Positions 47,667-56,860 of a stretch of 64,000 nucleotides of DNA are shown in pieces. The translations under genes were made by a program, and so were the position numbers. This DNA is from Candidatus Parcubacteria bacterium (GTDB lineage Bacteria > Patescibacteriota > Minisyncoccia > UBA6257 > HR35): positions 208,750-272,749 of the forward strand of contig BPJG01000001.1 in NCBI GenBank assembly GCA_026004495.1, written 5' to 3'. The notes beneath the pieces are model-generated. The model was given only the letters and a program-made list of their open reading frames with translations, was not told the origin of the DNA and did not search any database. Every line of letters begins with the position of its first letter. Positions within the stretch are counted from its first letter, which is position 1.

Positions 47667-47739
47667 TTTATTTTTTATTATTTTAATATTAAAAACGACC
47701 TAAATAAAGATAAAAATTTTTAAAAGTATTTATTATATT

Positions 47740-47830
47740 GTATTATATTATTTATTATTTATTTATATATATTATTTTTATTATATTTTATTATATTATA
47801 TTATATTATATTAATATTTATTTTATTTAT
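47740..47830. repeat. AT-only microsatellite-like low-complexity tract
   Basis: Runs of (TTATA)n/(ATTAT)n in a 430-bp ORF-free spacer upstream of sodA. Confidence 0.6.
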
Positions 47831-48096
47831 TCAAATATATAAAAATGAAAAATTTTTATTTGAGGATTTTTATTAATTTCACTAATATTATCAGAATTTT
47901 TTACTCTAGTCAAAAAAAGAACTTAAGTAATCTGGTTTAGATTATCTAACTAAAAAATCAATAGTAAAATAATAACTTGTAATTTGTAGCAGGAAATAAA
48001 AAATTTAAAAAATTAAAAAGAAGAATACAAAAAGAGTCTGATATAAGTATAGAATAAATTTTGATAGTGAATTAATTTTAATTTTAATTTTAAGCT

Positions 48097-49077
48097 TTAG
48101 GGTGTTGCTAAAGCCTCTTTATCTTTATAAAAAGATGTTCCAATTTTTATTTTTTTATTTGAAATTTTGATATTTTTAATTTTTTCAATTCGAATAAAAG
48201 AAGAAAGGTACCAATTATAATTAGCTTTAGTTTTAATTATTTTACTTATAGGTAATTTTTCTTCAAAAGATTTCCAAGATATTTCATCTTCTACTATTGG
48301 ATAAACACTAAATTTTCTTTTAATATCAGTTATAACAAAACCATTTTTTAAGATAAATTTTTCTATATTAAACCATTTAGCTAAGCTTGACTCGGATGTT
48401 GTTAAGCCGAAATAACCACTACCATTTTTATTTAACGACAAAAATCCTCTTAAAAGAAATAATTTTAATCCTCTCTCGGTTTCAACTGGATCTGTAACAA
48501 ATACATCAAATTTATTAATAAGACTTTTGGGTAATGGTTCTCTAACATCGTATTCTAAAGTTTTAATGTTAAGATTAAGCTTTTTAGATATTTTATTTAT
48601 AAAATCAGTTAATCTTTGATCGATTTCAATTATATATACAGATTGGGGTAATTTTGTTAAAGCTAAGGCAAGACTTAATAGATCGTCATCACCGATAACT
48701 AAAATTTTTGAATTTAATAAATCGCCTCGCTGATAAATAAATTCAACTCTTTTTATAACATCTTCAGCTTTAATAAATGCTTGGTCAAATTTATCTAGTG
48801 CAGGAGGTCTATTTTTTATTATCGTTTTGAATTTAATTAAAATATCATTAAATAAGCCATCTATAATCAATCCTCTGCCCTCGCATATAGAACAATTTAA
48901 ATCATTAATTTTTTTAATAATATTTATTTTATTTTTATTTATCTTTAATTTAGATTTACTTTTATTAATTTCTAAAAATTTTAATAAATGAGCATCGTTT
49001 TCCTCAATAAGATTCCAAATGCTTTTATTTTTATTACTAATTAAACTTTGAATTAATTGTTTTTGAAATCTATTCAT
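48097..49077 (-). CDS. DUF43-family protein (BpsA-like aminopropyltransferase/methyltransferase fold)
   Basis: 326 aa; conserved GDDDL(L/T)S motif (KILVIGDDDLLSLALAL) recalled for BpsA/DUF43; Rossmann-like layout. Confidence 0.4.
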   Translation of the reverse strand: MNRFQKQLIQSLISNKNKSIWNLIEENDAHLLKFLEINKSKSKLKINKNKINIIKKINDLNCSICEGRGLIIDGLFNDILIKFKTIIKNRPPALDKFDQAFIKAEDVIKRVEFIYQRGDLLNSKILVIGDDDLLSLALALTKLPQSVYIIEIDQRLTDFINKISKKLNLNIKTLEYDVREPLPKSLINKFDVFVTDPVETERGLKLFLLRGFLSLNKNGSGYFGLTTSESSLAKWFNIEKFILKNGFVITDIKRKFSVYPIVEDEISWKSFEEKLPISKIIKTKANYNWYLSSFIRIEKIKNIKISNKKIKIGTSFYKDKEALATP

Positions 49078-49169
49078 CTTTAATTAAATTTTTAATTTAA
49101 TTTAATTTAATTTTTAGTTAATACAAAAAAATTTTAAAATAAATATTAAAATATTTTAAAATAAAATTT

Positions 49170-50162
49170 TTAGAAGTAATCTTTTATTATTTTAAAAATT
49201 GTCTTACTAATTTTTTTAGGATCGTGTTTAAGATAAATATCTTTTTCATTGATAAAATTCCCAGAATATATTTTTATGCCTATTTTTTTTATTTTATCTA
49301 CATCAGGTAAAACCATTTTTTTATTTTCATTTTTTAAAATAGAAATTTTATTAGCTGGCAATTTTTTTGTATTAACAATACAAATATCAACTTTAGGTAA
49401 TTTAGAAATTCTTAAAAATTCTGATAAATGATCGAAGGCAGTAAAATTATCTGTTTCTCCAGGTTGGGTTAATAAATTAATCATAAATATTCTTAGGGCT
49501 TTAGAGTTAATTACTGCTCTTCTGATATCATTTATTAATAAATTAGGTAAAATGCTAGTATACAAACTTCCAGGTGAAAAAATAATAATATCTGCAGCCC
49601 TTATTCTTTTAATTACTTGAGGCGGAGATTTAATATTTTGAGGTTTAATTTTTAATTCTTTAATTCTTAATTTTTTACTAATTCCATACTTAACAATATT
49701 TTCTTCACCAACTATAGTTTTACCATTTTCAAATCTAGCAACTAAATCTATTTTTTCTAAACAGGAAGGCATTATTTCACCATTAATTTTCAAAATTTTT
49801 GATGCCTTTTTTATAGCTCTTAAAAAATCACCTTCGTTTTCAATTAAAGAAACTAAAAATAAATTTCCTAATGGATGTCCTTTTAGTCCATTTCCTTTAG
49901 AAAATCTTTTTTGAAAAATTTCCTTAAAATAATTTTCAATATTAGATAAAGCTAATAAACAATTTCTAATATCGCCAATGGCTGGAATGTCAAAAATTTT
50001 TTTAAGATAACCAGAACTGCCACCTGAATCGGCAACAGTGACAATAGCAGTTAATTTTTTAATTATTTTATCGTAATCATCTTTTAAAGCAGTAAGAACA
50101 TTAGATAATCCAGTTCCCCCTCCTAAAATTACTAATTTAATATTTTTATTTTTTAATATCAT
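49170..50162 (-). CDS. YvcK/CofD-family (UPF0052) protein
   Basis: LVILGGGTGLS and VTVADSGGSSG motifs. Confidence 0.75.
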   Translation of the reverse strand: MILKNKNIKLVILGGGTGLSNVLTALKDDYDKIIKKLTAIVTVADSGGSSGYLKKIFDIPAIGDIRNCLLALSNIENYFKEIFQKRFSKGNGLKGHPLGNLFLVSLIENEGDFLRAIKKASKILKINGEIMPSCLEKIDLVARFENGKTIVGEENIVKYGISKKLRIKELKIKPQNIKSPPQVIKRIRAADIIIFSPGSLYTSILPNLLINDIRRAVINSKALRIFMINLLTQPGETDNFTAFDHLSEFLRISKLPKVDICIVNTKKLPANKISILKNENKKMVLPDVDKIKKIGIKIYSGNFINEKDIYLKHDPKKISKTIFKIIKDYF

Positions 50163-50215
50163 TAATTTTAAATTATAATATTAATAATAAAATAAATATT
50201 TTAAAAAAACAAAAA

Positions 50216-51430
50216 ATGAAAAGTAGGAGAGCACAAATTACATCTCAATTAGAAATAATCAAAAAAAATACCGAAAAAATAATTACCGAAAAAGAACTAG
50301 AAGAAAGGATAAAATTATCAATTGAAAAAAATAAACCATTAAGAGTTAAATTAGGAATTGATCCAACTGCCCAAGATATTCACTTGGGCTTTGTTTTGGT
50401 TTTGAAGAAATTAAGAGATTTTCAACAATTGGGCCATAAAGTTATTTTAGTAATTGGTGATTTCACGGCTAAAATTGGTGATCCAACTGGTAGAAATATA
50501 TCTCGGCCACCATTATCAGATAAAGAAATAAAAACAAATATGAAATCTTATTTTAAACAAATATTTAAAGTAATAGATAGTAAAAATTTAGAAGTAAGAT
50601 ATAATTCAGAATGGTTGACTAAATTAAATTTTAAAGATATTATAGAAATTTTTTCAAAAATAACACTACAAAAAATTACTGAACGAGAAGATTTTCAAAA
50701 AAGATTAAGGGAAAATAATCCTATTTTTTTGAATGAAATAATATATCCTATACTTCAGGCCTATGATAGCCTTTACCTCAAATCTGATATTGAAATTGGT
50801 GGAGTTGACCAAGAACTAAATTGCTTAATGGGACGAGAATTACAGCAAAAATTTAATCAGCAACCACAAATTATCATTCTTATGCCACTTTTAATTGGTT
50901 TAGATGGGAAAAATAAAATGAGTAAAAGTTTAAAAAATTATATTGGCATAAGTGAACCACCAGATGAAATATTTGGCAAAGTAATGAGTATTCCCGATTC
51001 TCTTCTTAATCAATGGCTCAATTTAACTACCAACCTAACAGATCAGGAAATAAAAAAATTATTAACTAAACATCCAATGGAAATTAAAAAAGAATTGGGC
51101 CATGAAATTATTAAACAATATTATAATGAAAATAAGGCAAAATTGGCTGCTAAAAAATTTGAAGCTACATTTCAAAGAAAAGATTACTCTTCTTTAGCAA
51201 AGGAGGTAGTGATACCAAAGGAAATAATAGATATGCCATTAGCTGAAGTATTAGTTAATTTAAATTTCGTCAATTCAAAATCAGAGGCAAAGCGATTAAT
51301 TCAGCAAGGTGGTATTGAAATTAATGGTCAAAAAATAATATCTGATGATCCAAAATTTGTGATGAATATAAATGATGGCGATCTTATAAGAATAGGTAAA
51401 AAGAAATTTTTTAAATTAATTAAAGATTAA
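50216..51430 (+). CDS. tyrS: Tyrosyl-tRNA synthetase
   Basis: GIDPTAQDIHLGF (HIGH-like), KMSKS (KMSKSLKN), C-terminal S4 domain; 404 aa. Confidence 0.88.
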   Translation: MKSRRAQITSQLEIIKKNTEKIITEKELEERIKLSIEKNKPLRVKLGIDPTAQDIHLGFVLVLKKLRDFQQLGHKVILVIGDFTAKIGDPTGRNISRPPLSDKEIKTNMKSYFKQIFKVIDSKNLEVRYNSEWLTKLNFKDIIEIFSKITLQKITEREDFQKRLRENNPIFLNEIIYPILQAYDSLYLKSDIEIGGVDQELNCLMGRELQQKFNQQPQIIILMPLLIGLDGKNKMSKSLKNYIGISEPPDEIFGKVMSIPDSLLNQWLNLTTNLTDQEIKKLLTKHPMEIKKELGHEIIKQYYNENKAKLAAKKFEATFQRKDYSSLAKEVVIPKEIIDMPLAEVLVNLNFVNSKSEAKRLIQQGGIEINGQKIISDDPKFVMNINDGDLIRIGKKKFFKLIKD

Positions 51431-51431
51431 A

Positions 51432-52202
51432 TTATTGATCGCCTTTTAGACCAAAATTATTTAAAGCTAAGCTTAGATCTCTATCATCTACAATCCCATC
51501 TAGGTTAAGGTCTGGCCTTTCAGTTGTTGAAGTTGAATAATTCCAATCTTGATTATGATTAAATAATATAGTTAAAACATCAGCATCGTCAACTAAATCA
51601 TTACCATCAACATCACCTGCTTTAAAAGTAATTTCTTGGGGATTATTTTGTGAAGTACTAGTTAAATTAGTTCGTAAATTAAGCCAATGTCTAACTTGTA
51701 ATAACACAGATGGATTATTGCAGTCATTAGAAATTGTTATTTGAGTAATATCATAAGAATAAACATTTCTACCTCTAATTCCACCTCTTAATTGATTATC
51801 ACAGTATAAATTACCATCTAAGTATTGGGGCGGAACTGAGGTGGCTCTTTCTCTTTCAATTCCTTCTAAAATTACCCTTAAATAATAAATAGAGCTAGAT
51901 GAATTTCCTCCAGCCACTTCAAAATCGCCATCGTTATAATCACTTTGATTATTGGAAATATTTTGTTGATTTTCTTCATTAAAGTTTTCACTTATATTTT
52001 CTCTATCTTGGGTGTAAATAAATTCATTACTTTGATTAATTATTTGATTACTAATATTATTATTTTCATTAATTAAATTGTTTAAATTATTATTAAAATT
52101 ATTATTATTAAAATTATTGTGAGTTATATTATTGACTACATTATTATTTGAAACAAGACTCGACAATAAAATAAGCAAGGCTATTATTAGCTGTGAATTC
52201 AT
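51432..52202 (-). CDS. Secreted N/Q-rich protein with C-terminal dockerin-like repeat pair
   Basis: Signal peptide; poly-N low complexity; dockerin type I-like Ca-binding repeats GDVDGNDLVDDADVLTILFN and DLNLDGIVDDRDLSLALNNFG. Confidence 0.6.
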   Translation of the reverse strand: MNSQLIIALLILLSSLVSNNNVVNNITHNNFNNNNFNNNLNNLINENNNISNQIINQSNEFIYTQDRENISENFNEENQQNISNNQSDYNDGDFEVAGGNSSSSIYYLRVILEGIERERATSVPPQYLDGNLYCDNQLRGGIRGRNVYSYDITQITISNDCNNPSVLLQVRHWLNLRTNLTSTSQNNPQEITFKAGDVDGNDLVDDADVLTILFNHNQDWNYSTSTTERPDLNLDGIVDDRDLSLALNNFGLKGDQ

Positions 52203-52419
52203 TTAAGTTGACTTAAATTTTAATCAAACACTTTGTTGATTAAAATTAAAAAATTTTATTTTACTTATTTTAAATATTATTTAATATTATAACATAATTA
52301 ACAATAATTAAAGATATTTAAAATTTAATTTGACTTTATAGAATAAATTATATAAAATTTAATATATTTTAATATATTAAAATTTAGTCGTAATTAAATA
52401 AAAATTTAAAAATAATAAA

Positions 52420-53586
52420 ATGGACTTATCTACCTTTGCAACATTGTTATTACTTTTATTTAACTTTTTACAAGCTACTCAGCAAATTAACATAGAACAA
52501 ACGCAAATTGAACAACCGCAAATTGAACAATCGCAAATTCCTCAGCAAATTAACATAAATCAACAAAATAATCAAGGAGGTAGTATTTTCCCAGCTGGAG
52601 GAGGAAATATATCTTCTACGGGAACAAATTATATTTATGTAATTGAACCATATATATTAGGTCCAACCGAAAATACTGGACTTGATTTGTCTCAGTTAAG
52701 AAATACACCCCTTAATTTAGAAGCAAATTATTACTGTTTAAATGGCTATCAGGGTTATATAAATAAAAATAATATTTATCTCTATAGAACTGAAACCTTA
52801 AGTGTTAATTGTCCTAACCCCTGGGTAGAGTTAAGATTAAATGGTTTTCTTTCTCGATATGTAAGATTAAAAAATTCTTCTACAATTGATCCTCAAGGAA
52901 TTGAATTTGTTTTAGGAGATACTAATAAAGACAATATAATAGATGATGCAGATTTGTTAAAAATATTATTTAGTCTTGATACAAGTATAGATGATTCTAA
53001 GTATGATCCTACAGCAGATTTGGACCAAAATGGAAAAATAACTCAGGATGAGCTATCTTGGCTTCAAAGATTTTTTGGTTATAAGGGAGAAACAAAGCCT
53101 TCCTTCTCTATTGAACCAATTTATTATTTAAGGCTAAATTTAGATGGCGTGGGTAATACAATTAATAGAGATATAAATATTAATTATCGCTGGCAGTGCG
53201 AAAATAGAAGGCTAGAAGGAAATGAAAATGGTTTAATTAACATTAGAACAAATTCTTATGTTTTTAATTTTAATTATTCTTCACTTAATTTATATGATTG
53301 TTATAGGCCAACAATACATTTTAGTGGATCTCCTTTCCTTCTTACCGAGGATAAGATATTATCTTCTATGGATCCCAATAATCCTGATAATATAACTTTA
53401 ATAAATGGCGATATAGATGGTAATAGTATTATCGATGATGCTGATCTTTTAAAGGTTTTATTCAATTATGGGAATAATAATGATGATGCCTTAGAAGCTG
53501 ATATAAATTTTGATGGTATGGTTAATGACGAAGATTTAGAAATAATAAGAAGAAATTTTGGCAAAGGAGTTTTGGGAAGAGGATAA
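52420..53586 (+). CDS. Secreted Q-rich protein with two dockerin-like repeat pairs
   Basis: Signal peptide; QIEQPQIEQSQ repeats; GDTNKDNIIDDADLLKILFS / DLDQNGKITQDELSWLQRFFG and GDIDGNSIIDDADLLKVLFN / DINFDGMVNDEDLEIIRRNFG; shares YYLR..L.G block with the divergent neighbour. Confidence 0.6.
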   Translation: MDLSTFATLLLLLFNFLQATQQINIEQTQIEQPQIEQSQIPQQININQQNNQGGSIFPAGGGNISSTGTNYIYVIEPYILGPTENTGLDLSQLRNTPLNLEANYYCLNGYQGYINKNNIYLYRTETLSVNCPNPWVELRLNGFLSRYVRLKNSSTIDPQGIEFVLGDTNKDNIIDDADLLKILFSLDTSIDDSKYDPTADLDQNGKITQDELSWLQRFFGYKGETKPSFSIEPIYYLRLNLDGVGNTINRDININYRWQCENRRLEGNENGLINIRTNSYVFNFNYSSLNLYDCYRPTIHFSGSPFLLTEDKILSSMDPNNPDNITLINGDIDGNSIIDDADLLKVLFNYGNNNDDALEADINFDGMVNDEDLEIIRRNFGKGVLGRG

Positions 53587-53591
53587 ATTTT

Positions 53592-55367
53592 TTAAACCTT
53601 AATTATCACAGGTATTACCACTGGTCTTCTTTGGGTTTTTCGATATAGAAATTGCGAAATTTCCTCCTTTAATGAATATTTAATTTGTTCTTCTTGAATA
53701 ATAGGTGCTTCATCTCCTAAATGTTTAGTATTTTTAATAACTATATTTTTAGCTAAAGTTCTTACTTCATTTAATAAATCTTTTGATTCCTTAAGAAAAA
53801 CAAAGCCACGAGATATTATATCGGGACTAGTTTTAATTTCTCCAGTTTGAGAATTTAAGGTAATAATAATTACAAACATACCTTCTTCAGCTAATGCTTT
53901 TCTATCTCTTAAAACTAAATCGCCAACACTACCTAAGCCTAAGCCATCAACATAAACTAAATTAGCAGGAATTTTTTCATCTGTTAATTCTATTTTATCA
54001 TTAAACATTTTAACCACTTGACCATTAGAAGCAATGATAATTTTTTCTTTGGGTATACCTAAATCTATGCCAATTTCTTCAATTGCCTTCATCATAAAGT
54101 AATGTCCATGGACGGGCATGATATAATTTGGTTTAGATAAATTAATAAATAGCCTAATATCATCAGCAAAGGCATGACCGGAGGCATGAATATCCATCAT
54201 TTGATAATGAAATATTTTAGCTCCCTGTTTTGTTAAGATATCTTTTAAATTTTGGATAATTCTTTCATTGCCAGGAATAACTGAGGAAGAAAAAATTACT
54301 GAATCATTATTAATTATTTTAAAATAACGATGCTCTTTATTAGCAATTCTCATTAAAGCTGAACCTTCTTCAGCTTGAGAACCAGTACAAATAATTAAAA
54401 CTCTATGAGGTGGTAATTTAAAAGATTCTTCGGGTCTAATAAAAATACCTTTATTATATTTTAAATAACCAAGTCTTTTAGCTACCTCAACATTAATTCT
54501 CATCGTATGTCCATCAATAACAACTCTTCTTCCATATAGACCAGCTAAATAAATTAATTGTTGAATCCTTTCTAAAAGAGAAGCAAAGGTAGAAGCAATA
54601 ATTCTTCCTTTAGCTTTTTTAAATACCTCCTCAAGATTTTCCATTATTTTTCTCTCAGAAATAATGTGTCCCGATTCTGGAGCATTAGTTGAGTCAATCA
54701 TTAATAAATCAACACCTTCATGGGACAATTTAACTATTCTTGATAAATCAGCAGGTTTATCAAAAAAGGGAGTAAAGTCTATTTTGAAATCACCAGTATG
54801 GAGAATATTTCCTATAGGAGTTTTGATAAAAAACCCAATAGAATCTGGTATATTATGATTAACATGGAAATAATCGATCATAAAATCTCCTAACTTAAAT
54901 GGAGTATAGTTTTCTTTTTTTATTTCATAGATTTCTAATTTTTGCAATCTAGGGAAATCTTCCTGTCTTTTTATAATCAATCCCTTGGTTAGAGGAGTAG
55001 TATATATTGGAGGATAATTAAGTTTATCAATAATATAAGGAATAGCTCCGATATGGTCGTAATGACCATGGGTTATTAATATCCCCAAAATTTTATCTTT
55101 TTTTTCCTCCAGATATTCTATATTAGGAATAATATAATCAACCCCTAACATATTTTCCGATTCTGGATAACCTAAACCAGCATCTAAAATTACTATTTGT
55201 TCTCTACCTTTATCAGGACACCATTCAAAAACCGTCATATTTCTTCCTACTTCTTCTAAGCCTCCTAATGGTATTATTTTTAAAGAACCATTAACCGTTT
55301 CTTTTTTTATTTTTTTAGGATTTCTTTTAATTAAAATTTTTTGCTCAACGTTTATTTTGCTATTCAT
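53592..55367 (-). CDS. rnj: Ribonuclease J
   Basis: Metallo-beta-lactamase HxHxDH (THGHYDHIGA), beta-CASP layout, 591 aa. Confidence 0.85.
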   Translation of the reverse strand: MNSKINVEQKILIKRNPKKIKKETVNGSLKIIPLGGLEEVGRNMTVFEWCPDKGREQIVILDAGLGYPESENMLGVDYIIPNIEYLEEKKDKILGILITHGHYDHIGAIPYIIDKLNYPPIYTTPLTKGLIIKRQEDFPRLQKLEIYEIKKENYTPFKLGDFMIDYFHVNHNIPDSIGFFIKTPIGNILHTGDFKIDFTPFFDKPADLSRIVKLSHEGVDLLMIDSTNAPESGHIISERKIMENLEEVFKKAKGRIIASTFASLLERIQQLIYLAGLYGRRVVIDGHTMRINVEVAKRLGYLKYNKGIFIRPEESFKLPPHRVLIICTGSQAEEGSALMRIANKEHRYFKIINNDSVIFSSSVIPGNERIIQNLKDILTKQGAKIFHYQMMDIHASGHAFADDIRLFINLSKPNYIMPVHGHYFMMKAIEEIGIDLGIPKEKIIIASNGQVVKMFNDKIELTDEKIPANLVYVDGLGLGSVGDLVLRDRKALAEEGMFVIIITLNSQTGEIKTSPDIISRGFVFLKESKDLLNEVRTLAKNIVIKNTKHLGDEAPIIQEEQIKYSLKEEISQFLYRKTQRRPVVIPVIIKV

Positions 55368-55406
55368 TTTTTATATTTTGACAATATATACTTAACGACC
55401 TTTATT

Positions 55407-55493
55407 TGCCGAGGGCCGGATTCGAACCGACACGGACTTATAAAATCCATAAGTTTCTGAAACTTATGCGTCTACCAATTTCGCCACCTCGGC
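55407..55493 (-). tRNA. tRNA-Leu (anticodon CAG)
   Basis: Reverse complement GCCGAGGTGGCGAAATTGGTAGACGC...anticodon loop TTCAGAA...long variable arm...GGTTCGAATCCGGCCCTCGGC A; 87 nt class II tRNA. Confidence 0.8.
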
Positions 55494-55512
55494 TAATTAA
55501 AATTATTTAACA

Positions 55513-55917
55513 TTAATCAAGAATAAAAATTCTTAAGTTTTGTAGGTTTTGATTATTTTTCTCTACCTGAAAATTAAATCTTAATTCAAATGGTTGATTT
55601 ATAAACTTGCTAACAATATTACCAGAAATATTTCTGCTTTCAGGATTAATTTCATTTAAGCTAAAAAAAGAGTTTATATCATTAATAATAAAAGATTTAT
55701 TTGTTGGTTGTAAATAATCATTTAAAAAAATTTCTTGAAGTGCCATATTAAGAATTGATAATTGTGAATATAGTAATCGTGCATTACTAACAATAGATTT
55801 AGAAAAATTATTTTCTTTAACTAAAATTATCCCAAATAGAATTAAAATGCTAAAACTTAATAAAAAAATAACAATTATAAAAACGAATGTTGCTTGACCT
55901 TTATTTAAAAACTCCAT
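55513..55917 (-). CDS. Small pilin-like membrane protein
   Basis: 134 aa; N-terminal KGQATFVFIIVIFLL hydrophobic segment after Gly; last of three consecutive small N-terminally hydrophobic genes. Confidence 0.4.
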   Translation of the reverse strand: MEFLNKGQATFVFIIVIFLLSFSILILFGIILVKENNFSKSIVSNARLLYSQLSILNMALQEIFLNDYLQPTNKSFIINDINSFFSLNEINPESRNISGNIVSKFINQPFELRFNFQVEKNNQNLQNLRIFILD

Positions 55918-56366
55918 AAATATAAAGTAGATGTTAAATTTAATGTTTGATTATTATTTGAATTTGATATCTTAATAAAAACATTATAAAAATCTGAATT
56001 AGATGAAACATCAAAATTATTAACTTTAATATTATCAGAGGTAAATTTTGTCGAAGTTACTTCATTTTCTAAATAAATTTTTTCATTTAATAGATATAAT
56101 TTTTCATAACCTTCAGGATAAAAATTAAATTTTATACTACTTGAAGTTATTTCTGTTGAAATGGCTGAAATTGAATTAAAATAAAGTCTATTTATAATTC
56201 TAAAAACATCATTTCTTAAATTTAGTTTATCCAAATATATAGAAGAATAAAATGTTATACCATAAAAAATTATCGTTGTCAAAACACCCAAAATACTAAT
56301 TATTGAAATATAAATAATTAATTCTATTAAAGTAAAAGATTTATTGTGATAATTCAATTTGGCCAT
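55905..56366 (-). CDS. Pseudopilin (type IV pilin-like), start trimmed to internal Met
   Basis: MAKLNYHNKSFTLIELIIYISIISILG: prepilin-type motif (xFTLIEL with Glu at +5). Confidence 0.55.
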   Translation of the reverse strand: MAKLNYHNKSFTLIELIIYISIISILGVLTTIIFYGITFYSSIYLDKLNLRNDVFRIINRLYFNSISAISTEITSSSIKFNFYPEGYEKLYLLNEKIYLENEVTSTKFTSDNIKVNNFDVSSNSDFYNVFIKISNSNNNQTLNLTSTLYLWSF

Positions 56367-56856
56367 TAATTTTAATATTCTCAGATTTATTATTGTATTG
56401 ATTAATAATTCCACTTGAGGCGTCGACAATGCTATCGGTAGCCACCTCCCAACTATCTTGAATAAAAATCAACTCCTTAATATTTGTAATTTTCAAAGGA
56501 AAGCTATAAATATCTTTAGATGTTTGAATATAAACATTTAAGCTATCATCAGTTATTTCAAACCAACGGTAATAACCATTAAGATAATTATCTTTACCGA
56601 CTTTAATTTCATAATTATTATCAAAATAATAGGGTTGATTTTTTAATAAATTTTCAAATTGTGAATAATTTTTCCTTGCTATACCTAAAACAATACTTTG
56701 ATAAGATAAGGCTGAATTATAAATAATAATAGATTTATCAGCATTTTCAATTGATTGGGGAATTATATTAAAAATTAAAAATATTATCAAAGAAAGAAAA
56801 GATAAGATAAGAATACCTGTTAAAACTTCAAGTAATAATTGTCCATTATTTTGCAT
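56341..56856 (-). CDS. Pseudopilin (type IV pilin-like)
   Basis: MQNNGQLLLEVLTGILIL: Gly then hydrophobic helix with Glu at +5. Confidence 0.55.
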   Translation of the reverse strand: MQNNGQLLLEVLTGILILSFLSLIIFLIFNIIPQSIENADKSIIIYNSALSYQSIVLGIARKNYSQFENLLKNQPYYFDNNYEIKVGKDNYLNGYYRWFEITDDSLNVYIQTSKDIYSFPLKITNIKELIFIQDSWEVATDSIVDASSGIINQYNNKSENIKINGQIELSQ

Positions 56857-56860
56857 AAAT

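Noticed and set aside
56367-56429. N-terminal 21-aa extension (MSTPQVELLINTIINLRILKL) of the middle pseudopilin ORF
   Set aside because: Overlaps the upstream pseudopilin gene by 89 nt; the internal Met directly precedes the prepilin motif, giving a typical short leader.
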